From assembly GCF_040409695.1 (NCBI RefSeq), contig NZ_JARWGJ010000200.1:1-62650 (forward strand): a stretch of DNA of 62,650 nt, read 5' to 3'. The first letter of the stretch is position 1, and each line of letters opens with the position of its first letter. The notes under the pieces were generated by a model. It was not told the DNA's origin, searched no databases, and saw only the letters and a list, made by a program, of their open reading frames with translations. Shown one piece after another: positions 10,480-21,113 of this stretch. The position numbers were made by a program, and so were the translations under genes. Origin of the DNA: Longimonas sp. GTDB lineage: Bacteria > Bacteroidota > Rhodothermia > Rhodothermales > Salinibacteraceae.

Positions 10480-11064
10480 CTATGTAAGCGTGCCAATCCA
10501 GCGCAGCAGCGGCTTGAGGCCGTCGCCCTTCTCGGCTGAGGTAAGCATGAGGGGAACGTGCAGCCCTACCTCTTCAAGCTGCTCTTTGACCTCGCCCTCA
10601 CGGGCCCGTCGCTCATTGCCCGAGAGCTTATCCGCTTTCGTGAGCACAACCAGCAGCGGCGCCGCGCCACCGCGTATCATATCGATGAGCTCGCGGTCAA
10701 GATCAGTCAGCGGATGGCGGCTATCCATGAGATGTACGATGGCTTTCAGGGGCTCACGCTCACTCACGTAGCGCGCGATGAACTCGGCCCAGCGCACGCG
10801 CTTCTTCTTGGGTACTTTTGCGTAGCCGTAGCCGGGCATGTCGATCCAGTACTGCCGGTTGTTGATCCGAAAGATGTTGTACTCCTGGGTCTTGCCCGGA
10901 CGCTTACTGGTACGGGCCAAGTTTTTCCGGTGTGTAAGCGCATTGAGCATGGTGCTCTTGCCTACGTTGGAGCGCCCCAGAAAGACAACCTCGGGGCGTC
11001 CGTCGGAAGGCAGTCCCTCCCAGCGAACAGCACCCTTAATGAATTCAGCAGACTTGACTTTCAT
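10480..11064 (-). CDS. engB: Ribosome biogenesis GTPase EngB/YihA/YsxC
   Basis: GRSNVGKS, PGKTQ, DMPGYGYAKV, TKADK. Confidence 0.95.
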   Translation of the reverse strand: MKVKSAEFIKGAVRWEGLPSDGRPEVVFLGRSNVGKSTMLNALTHRKNLARTSKRPGKTQEYNIFRINNRQYWIDMPGYGYAKVPKKKRVRWAEFIARYVSEREPLKAIVHLMDSRHPLTDLDRELIDMIRGGAAPLLVVLTKADKLSGNERRAREGEVKEQLEEVGLHVPLMLTSAEKGDGLKPLLRWIGTLT

Positions 11065-11184
11065 GGATGCGTAGGTCGAGTTGATAAAGGGGGGCGGAAA
11101 GCAAAACCCCGTGCTGCCATTAGAGACGGCACGGGGCACGTTGCAACAAGAGATCGTGCAACAGATCGGTAGCGGCAGCGCACG

Positions 11185-12054
11185 TTATCCGAGATGCTCA
11201 TGTACGGCTTCGCCGATGAGCGCGGGGTTCTTCACCACGACAGCTCCGGCTTTTTCGAGTGCGGCAAACTTCGCCTCTGCTGTGCCCGATCCGCCCGAGA
11301 CGATGGCTCCGGCATGACCCATGCGGCGGCCCGGAGGCGCTGTACGTCCGGCAATGAAGCTAAAGACCGGCTTGCTCATGCTCGATTCGATGTAGGCAGC
11401 GGCTTCTTCTTCCGCACTTCCCCCGATTTCGCCAATCAGGACAACCGCTTCCGTATCGGGGTCTGCCTCAAACAGCTCCAGCGCATCTACGAAGCGCGTT
11501 CCGATGACGGGGTCGCCGCCAATACCAACGGCTGTGCTCTGGCCGTATCCGGCTCGCGTCAGCTGGTCGACAGCTTCATAGGTGAGCGTACCCGAGCGCG
11601 AAATAACGCCGATCGATCCGGGCTCGAAGATCATAGCCGGCATAATTCCGATTTTGGCCTCTCCCGGTGTGATGACCCCCGGGCAGTTGGGGCCAATCAG
11701 GTGCGCACCGTGCTTCTGCACATAATGGTAGGTGGCCTTCATATCCTTAACCGGAATGCCTTCGGTGATGCAGATAATCACCTCAATTCCAGCTTCGACG
11801 GACTCCTGAATGGCGTCGGCGGCGAAGGGCGGCGGCACAAAGATAACGGAGGTATTGGCGCCTTCTTGCTCAACCGCTTCTGCAACGGTGTTGAAGACCG
11901 GGCGATCGAGATGCGTCTGGCCGCCCTTTCCGGGGGTAACGCCGGCAACCAGGTTGGTGCCGTAGTCGATCATCTGTTCGGAATGGAACGTGCCTTCCTG
12001 GCCCGTAAAGCCCTGCACGACCAGGCGGGTATCGGAGTCAACGAGAATGCTCAT
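11185..12054 (-). CDS. sucD: Succinyl-CoA synthetase alpha subunit
   Basis: [34 protein letters not shown]. Confidence 0.97.
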   Translation of the reverse strand: MSILVDSDTRLVVQGFTGQEGTFHSEQMIDYGTNLVAGVTPGKGGQTHLDRPVFNTVAEAVEQEGANTSVIFVPPPFAADAIQESVEAGIEVIICITEGIPVKDMKATYHYVQKHGAHLIGPNCPGVITPGEAKIGIMPAMIFEPGSIGVISRSGTLTYEAVDQLTRAGYGQSTAVGIGGDPVIGTRFVDALELFEADPDTEAVVLIGEIGGSAEEEAAAYIESSMSKPVFSFIAGRTAPPGRRMGHAGAIVSGGSGTAEAKFAALEKAGAVVVKNPALIGEAVHEHLG

Positions 12055-12176
12055 GCGATCAGTGAAGCGTCGATGGTCAGTAACGGCGGAGACGTGCTGT
12101 GATAGAGTTTCGCAGCACGTCATGAAGGGGTATGCATAGAGTACAAGGCACGCCGCGTAACCGCAACGGAAGGTCC

Positions 12177-13733
12177 TTACGCGGGCACGTTTTTCATCAA
12201 GGCATCGCCCACGTGCAAGAGACCTGCTTCATCGAAGGGGGCAGCCAGGAGCTGCGCGCCAACGGGGAGGTGGGGAGCATCCGGATGCGTTCCGATCGGT
12301 AGCGACAGTCCGGGGATCCCCGCCAGGCTGGCCGGTACGGTGTACACGTCGCTCAGGTACATCTGGAGCGGATCTTCCGTTTTCTCGCCTCGCTTAAAGG
12401 CAGGTGTTGGCGTGGCCGGCGTTAGTAGTACGTCGACCTCCTCAAAGGCGTGCAAGAAGTCGTTGCGGATGAGCGTGCGCACACGCTGTGCCTTCTCATA
12501 GTACTTGTCGTAGTAGCCTGCTGAGAGCGCATACGTGCCCAGCATGATGCGACGCTTTACCTCATCGCCAAACCCTTCGCTTCGAGACTGCACATAAAGG
12601 GCGCGCAGCAGATCGCTCTGGGTGTCGAGCCGGGCTTTCAGCTGACTGACGCGCTCCGCATCTCCATTCGACTGAGCCGTTCCCAGCTGCTCTTTCAGCT
12701 GCTTTTGCTCGTCTTGGATTGCGTCGCGCATGGATGCCGCATCGGCCCGGTGACCGTAACGCACGCCGTCGTAGCGAGCGAGGTTGCTGGATGCCTCCGC
12801 AGTAGCCAGTACGTAGTAGGTAGCGATGCCGTATTTGGTGTGGGGAAGCGATACGGAGCGCACGTCGGCCCCCTGCTCGCGCAGACGCTCAACCTGTGCT
12901 TCGATCATGCGACGAATGTCTGGATCCAGCCCCTCTGCAAAGTACTCCTCGGGGAGCCCGATACGAACGCCTTCAACAGGGCGACCGAGTGCTTCGGTGT
13001 AGTCAGGCACGTCGACATCAGCGCTGGTCGAGTCGCGGGCGTCGGACCCGGCCAGGGCGTTGAAAAGAAGCGCGACATCTTCGACCGAGCGCCCCATCGG
13101 ACCGATCGTGTCAAGAGAAGAGGCATACGACACGAGTCCGTAGCGGCTTACGCGTCCATAGGTCGGCTTAAGCCCGACAACACCGCAGAGCGCTGCAGGC
13201 TGCCGCACAGAGCCGCCGGTGTCGGTTCCGAGGGCAGCATGGCACATACCGTCGGCAACCGCGGCGGCGGAGCCTCCTGAGGAGCCGCCCGGTACGTAGT
13301 CGGCATGATCGGGGTGTTGCACCGGCCCAAAATGCGAGGTCTCGTTTGAGGAGCCCATGCCAAACTCATCGCAGTTCGTTTTGCCGATGAAGATGGCCCC
13401 GGCCTCGCGAAGCTGCTCGATGACGTGAGCATCATAGAGCGAGGTGAAGTCCGCAAGCATCTGCGACCCGCACGTAAGGCGCTGGTTCTTAATGGCGATC
13501 ATGTCTTTGACGCCGATGATCATGCCGGCGAGCGGACGGCGGTTGCCGCGTTCCAGCTGGCTGTCGAGGTAGCGCGCGTGGTTGAGCGCGCCCTCGCGAT
13601 CGACGGTCAGAAAGGCATTGACTGCGTCGTTGCGATCATCAATACGCTCTAAATACAAAGAGACCAGTGCCTCGCAGCTGGTCTCGCCGTTGGATAGGGC
13701 TGTACGTGCCTCCGTAAAGGTGGGGTAGCTCAT
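12177..13733 (-). CDS. gatA: Asp/Glu-tRNA amidotransferase subunit A
   Basis: [50 protein letters not shown]. Confidence 0.96.
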   Translation of the reverse strand: MSYPTFTEARTALSNGETSCEALVSLYLERIDDRNDAVNAFLTVDREGALNHARYLDSQLERGNRRPLAGMIIGVKDMIAIKNQRLTCGSQMLADFTSLYDAHVIEQLREAGAIFIGKTNCDEFGMGSSNETSHFGPVQHPDHADYVPGGSSGGSAAAVADGMCHAALGTDTGGSVRQPAALCGVVGLKPTYGRVSRYGLVSYASSLDTIGPMGRSVEDVALLFNALAGSDARDSTSADVDVPDYTEALGRPVEGVRIGLPEEYFAEGLDPDIRRMIEAQVERLREQGADVRSVSLPHTKYGIATYYVLATAEASSNLARYDGVRYGHRADAASMRDAIQDEQKQLKEQLGTAQSNGDAERVSQLKARLDTQSDLLRALYVQSRSEGFGDEVKRRIMLGTYALSAGYYDKYYEKAQRVRTLIRNDFLHAFEEVDVLLTPATPTPAFKRGEKTEDPLQMYLSDVYTVPASLAGIPGLSLPIGTHPDAPHLPVGAQLLAAPFDEAGLLHVGDALMKNVPA

Positions 13734-14009
13734 GTAATGCAGCAGTCAGAGAGGTCAGAGTGAAGATGCGTACGTACAGAACGTGCGCGTCCTGCAGCGT
13801 CCTAATAGGTCTGCGCGTCGATACGTTCTGCACGTGTCTTGCACGTATCCTGTACGTGTCGCACAGGTCGTTCAGGTCGCGCAGAAAGAGCCTGGGAAAG
13901 AGGGCGCTATGACAGAGCACAGCGCTGCGCATCCCTCTGAATGCCCTTGATGAGGCAGATGCTTTTGTTAAATCAGGAGGATGACGCGTGCCAGGTGGCG
14001 CAGAAGGGA

Positions 14010-14309
14010 TTACGAAGCAGACTCAGACGACTTCTGCTCCGCAGCCGGGTCGGTGCTCTGGTTCTTGCTGGATTCCGCCGGGGCTTGCTCACGGGGCTGT
14101 GGTTGCCCCTGGCTGGGGCGGCGCGGGGCATCGATACGGTCGCGCCGCTCCTCCATGTCAAGCTCGCGGCTAAACTCGCTGGTAGCATCTTTGAACTCGC
14201 GGATGCCGCGGCCAAGGCCACGCGCAATCTCCGGAATACGCTTCGCTCCAAAGATGAGCAAGACGACGAGGAATATGAGGATGATTTCGAAGGGGCCGAA
14301 CGATCCCAT
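14010..14309 (-). CDS. tatA: Twin-arginine translocase TatA/E
   Basis: MGSFGPFEIILIFLVVLLIFGAKRIPEIARGLGRGIREFK. Confidence 0.93.
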   Translation of the reverse strand: MGSFGPFEIILIFLVVLLIFGAKRIPEIARGLGRGIREFKDATSEFSRELDMEERRDRIDAPRRPSQGQPQPREQAPAESSKNQSTDPAAEQKSSESAS

Positions 14310-14433
14310 AACTAAAGCAAAGGGTTGAAGGCAGGCAGATGTATGCGCCGTAGGGCGTGCTAAATGTCTTTGCATTACGTGTATGCAAGTGGCCAATTGC
14401 GCGTTTTGCTAAACAGAGGCCTTGTTTTTCAGT

Positions 14434-14550
14434 TCCCCCGGCGGCTACCTCCTCTGCGCTCTTCGCAGCTGCTTGGCGCATTGGAGGCAGAAAGATAGCA
14501 GCGTAATCAGGGCTGGATGCGGAGGCGTAGGCCAGCCGGGGATTTTGTAT
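14434..14550 (+). ncRNA. Candidate ~110-nt rod-shaped structured RNA of unknown family
   Basis: Nested stems ccccggc/gccgggg, ggc/gcc, cctcc/ggagg, gctct/agggc, gctgct/agcagc, followed by ttttgtattt. Confidence 0.3.
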
Positions 14551-14760
14551 TTTAGATGGCAGTGCAGAGGTGGCAGTGCAGAGGTGGGGGATAGGCATCA
14601 ACCTCCAAAAGAGGCACAGGGAGGGTATCAGGTACGCATAGGTTTAGCGAAACAGATCTTCGAAGGCGTGTGTTGATGCGGCAACGGTTTCCTGGCGACC
14701 GCTGCAACAATGCGTTGCGTAAAGATCTCGGCTATCCTTCACCTGTTGGCTTGACACTGT

Positions 14761-15849
14761 ATGTCTGCTCCTACCCCATCGAACAATACCCCTACACTCT
14801 CTCGCAACGATATCGCCGCGTGGCCGAAAGCCGAGCTTCACTGTCATCTCGATGGCTCGCTGCGCCTGGAGACGATGCTCGATCTGGCAAAGTCACAGGG
14901 AAAGATGAGTGTACTACCGTCTGACTCGGTGGAGAGGTTGCGCGAAATTCTGCGCTCGATCGACGATTCGGAGACGCTGGAGGCTTTTCTTGCCTGGTTC
15001 CGCTATACAATTCCGCTGATGCAGACCAAAGAGGCGCTGCACCGGGTTGCCTATGAACTGGTTGAAGACAATGCGCAAGAGAACGTGCGCTACCTGGAGG
15101 TGCGATACGGGCCGATCTTGCACACCGAAGAAGGGCTTCGTCTTGAGGAAGTGAACGAGGCGGTGCTGGCGGGACTCAAGGAGGCTGAGCGCGATTACAA
15201 CATCCAGACCTCGCTGATTATTTGTGGACTGCGCGATCGCTACGAGAGCGCCTCAATGCGCCAGGCGGAACTGGCGGTGGCCCATCGCCACAAGGGCGTG
15301 ACCGCGTTCGATCTGGCTGGGGGAGAGGCTGGCAACCCGCCAAAGGGGCATGTGCACGCCTTCTACCATGCCCGTAATAACATGATGAACCTGACTATTC
15401 ATGCCGGCGAGTCGTGGGGACCCGACTCTATCCACCAGGCGCTCTTTTACTGCGGGGCACATCGCATTGGGCACGGCATCACGCTGCGTCAGGATCCGGA
15501 GCTTATGCAATATGTGATCGATCACCGCATCCCGCTTGAGATCTGCCCGACCAGTAACGTGCAAACGCATGTGGTACCGGGCTATGAGGCGCATCCTATT
15601 GCCTTCTATGCAGAAAACGATGTGGCCGTTACGGTGAACACCGATAACAGGCTGTTTAGCCGCACAAGCATGACCGAGGAGCTGTGGCGCGTACACGACC
15701 GCTGCGGCGTGCCGGCCGACCAGCTGCGTGAGATTGCGCTCAACGGGTTTCGTTATGCCTTCCTGCCCTACAGCGAACGGCAGGCGCTGCTGGAATCGGT
15801 GCTCGATGGGTTTCCTATGCCGCCCACGGAAGAAACCCCTGTGTGGTAG
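14761..15849 (+). CDS. add: Adenosine deaminase
   Basis: PKAELHCHLDGS, TIHAGE, RIGHG, EICPTSN, VNTDN. Confidence 0.93.
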   Translation: MSAPTPSNNTPTLSRNDIAAWPKAELHCHLDGSLRLETMLDLAKSQGKMSVLPSDSVERLREILRSIDDSETLEAFLAWFRYTIPLMQTKEALHRVAYELVEDNAQENVRYLEVRYGPILHTEEGLRLEEVNEAVLAGLKEAERDYNIQTSLIICGLRDRYESASMRQAELAVAHRHKGVTAFDLAGGEAGNPPKGHVHAFYHARNNMMNLTIHAGESWGPDSIHQALFYCGAHRIGHGITLRQDPELMQYVIDHRIPLEICPTSNVQTHVVPGYEAHPIAFYAENDVAVTVNTDNRLFSRTSMTEELWRVHDRCGVPADQLREIALNGFRYAFLPYSERQALLESVLDGFPMPPTEETPVW

Positions 15850-15962
15850 CACCCCGCGGGACGCATCCGCAGCAACCTACGACAACCTGCAAACGGGAGC
15901 GCACGCGCTCCTGACTGTATCGCCTACCGTTTTTCTGTGACTACCCACTTACCCACTGTATT

Positions 15963-17255
15963 ATGTCGACCCAAACCGTTTCGCGCGCTCGGCCCCTGAA
16001 GGGCACAGCCAGCGTGCCCGCCGACAAGTCGGTAAGCCACCGCGCTGCTCTCTTGGCCGCGCTCTCCGACGGACGAACAACGCTGCATGGTTTTCCGCGG
16101 GCGGCCGATCCGCAGTCTACCCTGTCATGCCTGCGCCAACTCGGCGTATCCATTGATGTTGAAGGCGATACCGTGCACATCGACGGGGTCGGACTCCACG
16201 GACTGCAGGCGCCAAGCGAGCCGGTCGACTGTGGCAACTCGGGCACAACCATGCGGCTACTGGCTGGCATCCTGGCCGGGCAGCCCTTCGATAGTACGCT
16301 TACCGGCGATGAATCGCTGCGCGCACGCCCCATGGAGCGGATCGCAACCCCGCTCCGCCAGATGGATGCAGCGATCCGTCTGACCAACGGGACAGCCCCC
16401 ATCCACATCAGCGGACGGGCTGAGCCGCTGCACGCAATCACGTACCGGCTGCCCATGGCATCGGCCCAGGTGAAGTCGTGTGTACTGCTGGCCGGTCTCT
16501 ACGCTGAAGGCACAACCACCGTCGTTGAGCCGGTTCAATGCCGCGACCACACCGAACGCATGCTCGACCTGCCGATCGAAGTCGACGACAGCGATGTGCG
16601 CCACATCCACGTTACATCTGAAGATGGCCCCGTTGCCACCACATGGGCCCCTCTTCCAGGCGACTTTTCGTCGGCGGCATTCCTGCTCGTCGCTGCCACG
16701 CTCGTGCCAGAGAGCGAGGTCACCATTGCCGACGTGGGGCTGAACCCAACTCGGACCGGACTGCTTGACGTGCTACAGGCGATGGGGGCTGATCTTACCG
16801 TAACGGACCGCACGGAGACCAACGGCGAGCCGATGGGTACAATTACCGCGCGTTACGCAGCGCTTGAAGGCATCACAGTAGAAGGCGCCGCCATCCCCAA
16901 TCTGATCGACGAGATTCCTGTACTTTCCGTTGCAGCTGCTTGCGCAGAAGGAACGACGGTCATCCGCGATGCAGCCGAGCTCCGTGTGAAAGAGACAGAT
17001 CGCCTCGAAGCCATTGCGGAGGTCCTTACGCGAATGGGCGTATCGGTGAGCGAGCAAGAGGACGGGCTCACCATCGTTGGAGATGCGAACGCGCTTGCTG
17101 GCGCTACAGTGCGCAGCTTTCACGATCATCGTATCGCGATGGCTGCCGGCGTGGCAGGATGTGTGGCCGAGGGCGAAACAACGATCCAGAACGCCGAGAG
17201 CGCCCGGGTCTCATTCCCCGCGTTCTGGGATGTCCTCCACCGACTCCAGGGGTAA
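15963..17255 (+). CDS. aroA: 3-phosphoshikimate 1-carboxyvinyltransferase (EPSP synthase)
   Basis: DKSVSHR, GNSGTTMRL, ASAQVKS, RDHTERM, LRVKETDRL, DHRIAM. Confidence 0.97.
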   Translation: MSTQTVSRARPLKGTASVPADKSVSHRAALLAALSDGRTTLHGFPRAADPQSTLSCLRQLGVSIDVEGDTVHIDGVGLHGLQAPSEPVDCGNSGTTMRLLAGILAGQPFDSTLTGDESLRARPMERIATPLRQMDAAIRLTNGTAPIHISGRAEPLHAITYRLPMASAQVKSCVLLAGLYAEGTTTVVEPVQCRDHTERMLDLPIEVDDSDVRHIHVTSEDGPVATTWAPLPGDFSSAAFLLVAATLVPESEVTIADVGLNPTRTGLLDVLQAMGADLTVTDRTETNGEPMGTITARYAALEGITVEGAAIPNLIDEIPVLSVAAACAEGTTVIRDAAELRVKETDRLEAIAEVLTRMGVSVSEQEDGLTIVGDANALAGATVRSFHDHRIAMAAGVAGCVAEGETTIQNAESARVSFPAFWDVLHRLQG

Positions 17256-17594
17256 CGGCGTGCCAGGAGGCGGAAGCTCGTCGAGAGGAACCCACCGATG
17301 ATCGCCGAGGGCCACGATATCGTCTTCCACGAAGCGGACCCCTTCGCTGCGCAAGCGCTCTTCCATCACGGTAGGCGTCTCAAAGAACCGTTTGCCCGTG
17401 AGTGCGCCGTTGCGGTTCACGACACGGTGGCACGGCACCGCGGTGCCTGCAGCGGCGTTGAGCGCCCACCCAACGGTACGGGCCGCGCTGCGGCGACCCA
17501 GATATTCTGCAATGTCTCCGTAAGTAGCCACACATCCTGCAGGGATGCGCTCTACGACCGCCCATACGCGCTGGTAAAAGCTGTGATCTGCCAT
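17211..17594 (-). CDS. MGMT family (O6-alkylguanine DNA alkyltransferase-like) protein
   Basis: IPAGCVATYGDIA, ARTVGWAL, VPCHRVV active-site motif. Confidence 0.9.
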   Translation of the reverse strand: MADHSFYQRVWAVVERIPAGCVATYGDIAEYLGRRSAARTVGWALNAAAGTAVPCHRVVNRNGALTGKRFFETPTVMEERLRSEGVRFVEDDIVALGDHRWVPLDELPPPGTPLPLESVEDIPERGE

Positions 17595-17721
17595 ACTTCG
17601 TGTAGGGTGATGCTATAGTAGTGAGTAGTAACGGGGTTGATGATATGCCGCCTGTGTCGTTTCTTTAAACAGCATTGAGAGCAGCACTGAACCGCTGTCG
17701 CACGCAACCTGCTCATTACTG

Positions 17722-18516
17722 GTGAAGCATATGTGGCGCTTGTCTATACTACGCGTATGCGGCGGTACCGTCACGCTCATCGTAACGCTTGCTGCGGCGG
17801 GGCTCTTTCTGGCAGGCTGTGCCGGACTGGGACGGTCGGGCGACCTGAGCACGCTTGACATTGCCACGCGTTTCTTGCCGATGCCTGCTACGGTGCCGCA
17901 TGCCGACTCGTTGCAAAACGTGCAACTGCAGGAAGACGATGGACGCCTGGTGCTTGAATCGGAGCTGTCGTTCGGCCATCTGTGGCAACGCTGGTCGTCG
18001 GGCTACCGGGTCGAGCGCGGTACCGACCTGTTTGAGGCCGGGCGGATGCGTAGCTTTGCAACCCTGTGGAGCCGCGAGCTCCGGTTGAAGCAGTTCGACC
18101 AGCGCACGTCTGTCGGAGCGTACGCGCGCGAGGAGGCCGAGCGCGAAATTGCATCCCGCGTTGACGCTCCCCATGCTGAATCGATTGTGATTGATGTGCA
18201 CGTATACATCGATCGTCGCAACCGGTCGTCGTATGGTGCCACCAGCCTTCGCAGCGCAGGCTGGACGATTTTCCTGCGTACCGACGACGGCGACGAGTAT
18301 CAACCAGAGAGCATCGATGCGACCTGGGCACAGCCCATAAACTGGTCGGGCAATGAGCGGGCGCATTATCGCCAGAACACACTTCGTTTCGAGCGCGTCA
18401 ACGACGACGGCGAAGATATCCTCCACGATACCAGTACGCTGGAGCTGCACATCCGCGATTCCGTAGCCTCCACCGACAAACTGTTTGGGTGGCGATTTGA
18501 TGACATGCCCGAGTAA
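17722..18516 (+). CDS. Hypothetical lipoprotein
   Basis: Signal peptide with lipobox LAGC; coding-like composition. Confidence 0.7.
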   Translation: MKHMWRLSILRVCGGTVTLIVTLAAAGLFLAGCAGLGRSGDLSTLDIATRFLPMPATVPHADSLQNVQLQEDDGRLVLESELSFGHLWQRWSSGYRVERGTDLFEAGRMRSFATLWSRELRLKQFDQRTSVGAYAREEAEREIASRVDAPHAESIVIDVHVYIDRRNRSSYGATSLRSAGWTIFLRTDDGDEYQPESIDATWAQPINWSGNERAHYRQNTLRFERVNDDGEDILHDTSTLELHIRDSVASTDKLFGWRFDDMPE

Positions 18517-18644
18517 CGCGTCAAGGTAGACGTACAGAGACGTACATGTAGCTATGTAGCAGCTATGCAGCAACGCATCCTGCAGCTAAGCAAAATCCGA
18601 GAACAAGAGATCGTGCTACATAGCGGCACTACCCCCACACAAAT

Positions 18645-18698
18645 CGAAAAGCCAGATGCCACGGTAGCGCACAAAAGTGCGACACTGAAGCATCTGAC
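18645..18698 (-). terminator. Long-stem terminator-like hairpin between convergent genes
   Basis: Minus strand: agtcagatgc...gcatctggct followed by tttt. Confidence 0.5.
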
Positions 18699-18727
18699 TC
18701 ATCGTGGCTTTGATTGCCCTTGAGGAT

Positions 18728-18894
18728 TAAGAACCTGTTTTGATTTCTTAATTTGGGCTGCGAGCGGCTCCGCTGGGCTGCAAATTGTCCCCGATATCGG
18801 CTCGTAACCCCGGCTACGAACCTCTATCGAGGTCCAATTTTCGCCGCAGCGGCGCTCGCTCTCGCCAGCAAACCAAAACCCAAACAGGTTCTAA
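18728..18894. mobile_element. MITE (family 1), ~160-bp long imperfect palindrome with TAA flanks
   Basis: TAA|GAACCTGTTT...AAACAGGTTC|TAA; nested internal inverted repeats; related copy at 34354-34452. Confidence 0.8.
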
Positions 18895-18968
18895 CTCCGA
18901 CCGGGAGGTTAAGCGGCGCCCAGAATGGGAAATCAAAACGGGCTCTATGTTGAGAAGTCAAACAGGCT

Positions 18969-19613
18969 TTAAAAATCAACGCCTGGGATGAGCACGTTAA
19001 CACGTCTGGCATCAAAGATACCGCTTACTGAAACCGCTTCTTCGGTGAACTCATCCTGGCTGAACGATACAGCTGTAGCCTCAATCTCAAACGAGCCGGT
19101 AACCTGGTCGTTGGTCGATGTCGAGATTGTCAGCTCGCCACTGTTAGATACCACAACGCGCGAAGGAAATCCGGCATCGCCAGAAAGATCCCAATAAACA
19201 AATCCAAACTGGTCTCGGATCAGGGTGTCGTCTTCTTGATCAAAATCAAGATCGGCAAACGTATACGTGCCCGATGACGGGCGGGGGCCTTCACGAGCGA
19301 TAAACGCTGCGCTGCCGGAGAGCAGGTCCTGCTCGCCCGTCACGTCATCTGACTCGGTGAGATAGACCACGAATCCCTCTTCGCCAGTCTCTGGGTTTTC
19401 TCCAGTGGCAAAGAAGGCATTAAGTGTGGTGCTGCCATCGTCGCCGATAGAGACGCGTGCAGTTTCAGGAGCAAGCGCGTCGGGGTCATCGTCGCTGTTG
19501 CTATCGGTTGAGTCGCACGCAGCAAGCCCAACCAGTAAAGCAACGCCTACAAACAAAGTAGTAAGGGTACGCATCCAGCGTGATGCAGAGAACGGAAAGT
19601 CAAAAATAGGCAT
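18969..19613 (-). CDS. Hypothetical acidic lipoprotein
   Basis: Lipobox LAAC followed by DSTDSN; beta-rich sequence. Start may be 19574. Confidence 0.75.
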   Translation of the reverse strand: MPIFDFPFSASRWMRTLTTLFVGVALLVGLAACDSTDSNSDDDPDALAPETARVSIGDDGSTTLNAFFATGENPETGEEGFVVYLTESDDVTGEQDLLSGSAAFIAREGPRPSSGTYTFADLDFDQEDDTLIRDQFGFVYWDLSGDAGFPSRVVVSNSGELTISTSTNDQVTGSFEIEATAVSFSQDEFTEEAVSVSGIFDARRVNVLIPGVDF

Positions 19614-19899
19614 GGGTCCAGGGGAACGTTATTCGGGGAGAGCTACATGTTGAACCGGGCCGTTGTAATACGTTACTCGGCCGTCTACTACCCTGTAGCG
19701 CGATAGCACTCTGGATGCGGACACCATGGAGCACTGCTCCGCTCAAGATGACAATGCATGAACGAAGCAGTGCATGCCAAAACAGACGTGTGACGGCACT
19801 TACCCAGACGTATCTACAGGTGACTTTTGGAAGGCGATGTGACCCATTCGCCGTGGAGCGCGGCTACGCAATCCCGTCAAGTACATGAAGAAATAGAGC

Positions 19900-20484
19900 A
19901 TGTACACACAGCTCAAGCAGATTGGTGTTATGTGGATGCAAACTACTGTCTTTTGTGCGGTCATGCTCCTGCTTGGTGGGGGTCTTAGCGAACTGGCAAA
20001 CGCGCAGGGGGGCTCGGATCCGCTTGATGCGCGCAATCCACCCCGTGCATGGATCGGGCTGGGCAGTGGAGTGGGAAGTGGTGCAGGTAGCGCAGCCAAC
20101 GGAAGCGTAGGTGCGCATCTGAACATAGGATGGCCTGCCAGCACAACGATCGGACAGGTCGCCGTGCACACAAACTGGAGCACGCAGTCGCGCACCAAGC
20201 AAGAAGACCTGCCCTACGCGATAACGGCAGGCATTGGTGGGGGACGCGTGTGGGCCAGACGCGACATCGCCGTAGCAGCCACCGCAGGGCCCGGTGTAAG
20301 CTGGGAGCATACGACCACAGGAGCGATCCGCCGCACCGCAGGCCTGCTGGCTGGCGGACAGTTCTTCGTGAGCCCCACCCCAGGGTTTGGTTTTGGAGTT
20401 GATGTGTTTGCGTTTATACACCCTAATAAGAACCAGATAGGCGTGCGCCTGGCCTTTCAGGTTGGCAGTGCCTGGGCGCCGTAG
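19900..20484 (+). CDS. Hypothetical exported protein, probable small outer-membrane beta-barrel
   Basis: Signal peptide ending ANA-Q; Gly-rich alternating hydrophobic strands. Confidence 0.6.
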   Translation: MYTQLKQIGVMWMQTTVFCAVMLLLGGGLSELANAQGGSDPLDARNPPRAWIGLGSGVGSGAGSAANGSVGAHLNIGWPASTTIGQVAVHTNWSTQSRTKQEDLPYAITAGIGGGRVWARRDIAVAATAGPGVSWEHTTTGAIRRTAGLLAGGQFFVSPTPGFGFGVDVFAFIHPNKNQIGVRLAFQVGSAWAP

Positions 20485-20540
20485 CGGTTAGGGCACAGGT
20501 TCTTATCTGGAAACGAGTACGCCGCGCATCCCGCTGACTG

Positions 20541-21113
20541 CTACGAAGATGCGGCTTCCTTGCGCGCACGAACACGGCGCACGGCATAGATGGCCAGCGC
20601 AGCGAGCCCGGCCAGAGCAAGCAAGGGGGCCACAAGCGCAAGCACCGTTACCAGCACAGCCCCTCCGGTTTCTCCGGTTGATACAAGCGGATTGCCGAGT
20701 CCGCCTGTGGCAGCCGTGCTGCTACCACGGAGCATGACCGTGCTGCCCTGCACGAGGCCAGCCGATCCGCCGCCGGCCACCAGTGCAAGGGCCCACTGCA
20801 AGAAGGGCGACGCCTCTCCGAGCGTGGAGGCGGTGAGTAAGGTGCCTGCCACGACTGCAAGAGGGGATGCAATCGCATCCAGCAGGTTGTCGAGCCAGGG
20901 GATGTAGTAGGCGCCCACCTCAATGACCGCTGCCGTTGCCAGCGCTGCCGTTGCAACAGGCGACCCCAGCCAGGCAAGCTCCTCAGCAAGCGAGAGATGC
21001 CCCGAAAGAGCAGCTATGTTAACACCAAGCGGCGGAATGAACGCCCGGAGTCCGGCGGCCGCGCTAAGCCCGACTCCTAAAGCAACGGCGAGCGCAGTGT
21101 CGAGTGGAGTCAT
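20541..21113 (-). CDS. DUF4126 membrane protein
   Basis: GLSAAAGLRAF, EVGAYYIPWLDNLLD, TGGLGNPLVST. Confidence 0.85.
   Translation of the reverse strand: MTPLDTALAVALGVGLSAAAGLRAFIPPLGVNIAALSGHLSLAEELAWLGSPVATAALATAAVIEVGAYYIPWLDNLLDAIASPLAVVAGTLLTASTLGEASPFLQWALALVAGGGSAGLVQGSTVMLRGSSTAATGGLGNPLVSTGETGGAVLVTVLALVAPLLALAGLAALAIYAVRRVRARKEAASS

Noticed and set aside
14480-14505. SRP RNA-like AGG..GAAA..AGCAGC
   Set aside because: Lacks CAGG, spacing is wrong, and no stem closes the tetraloop.
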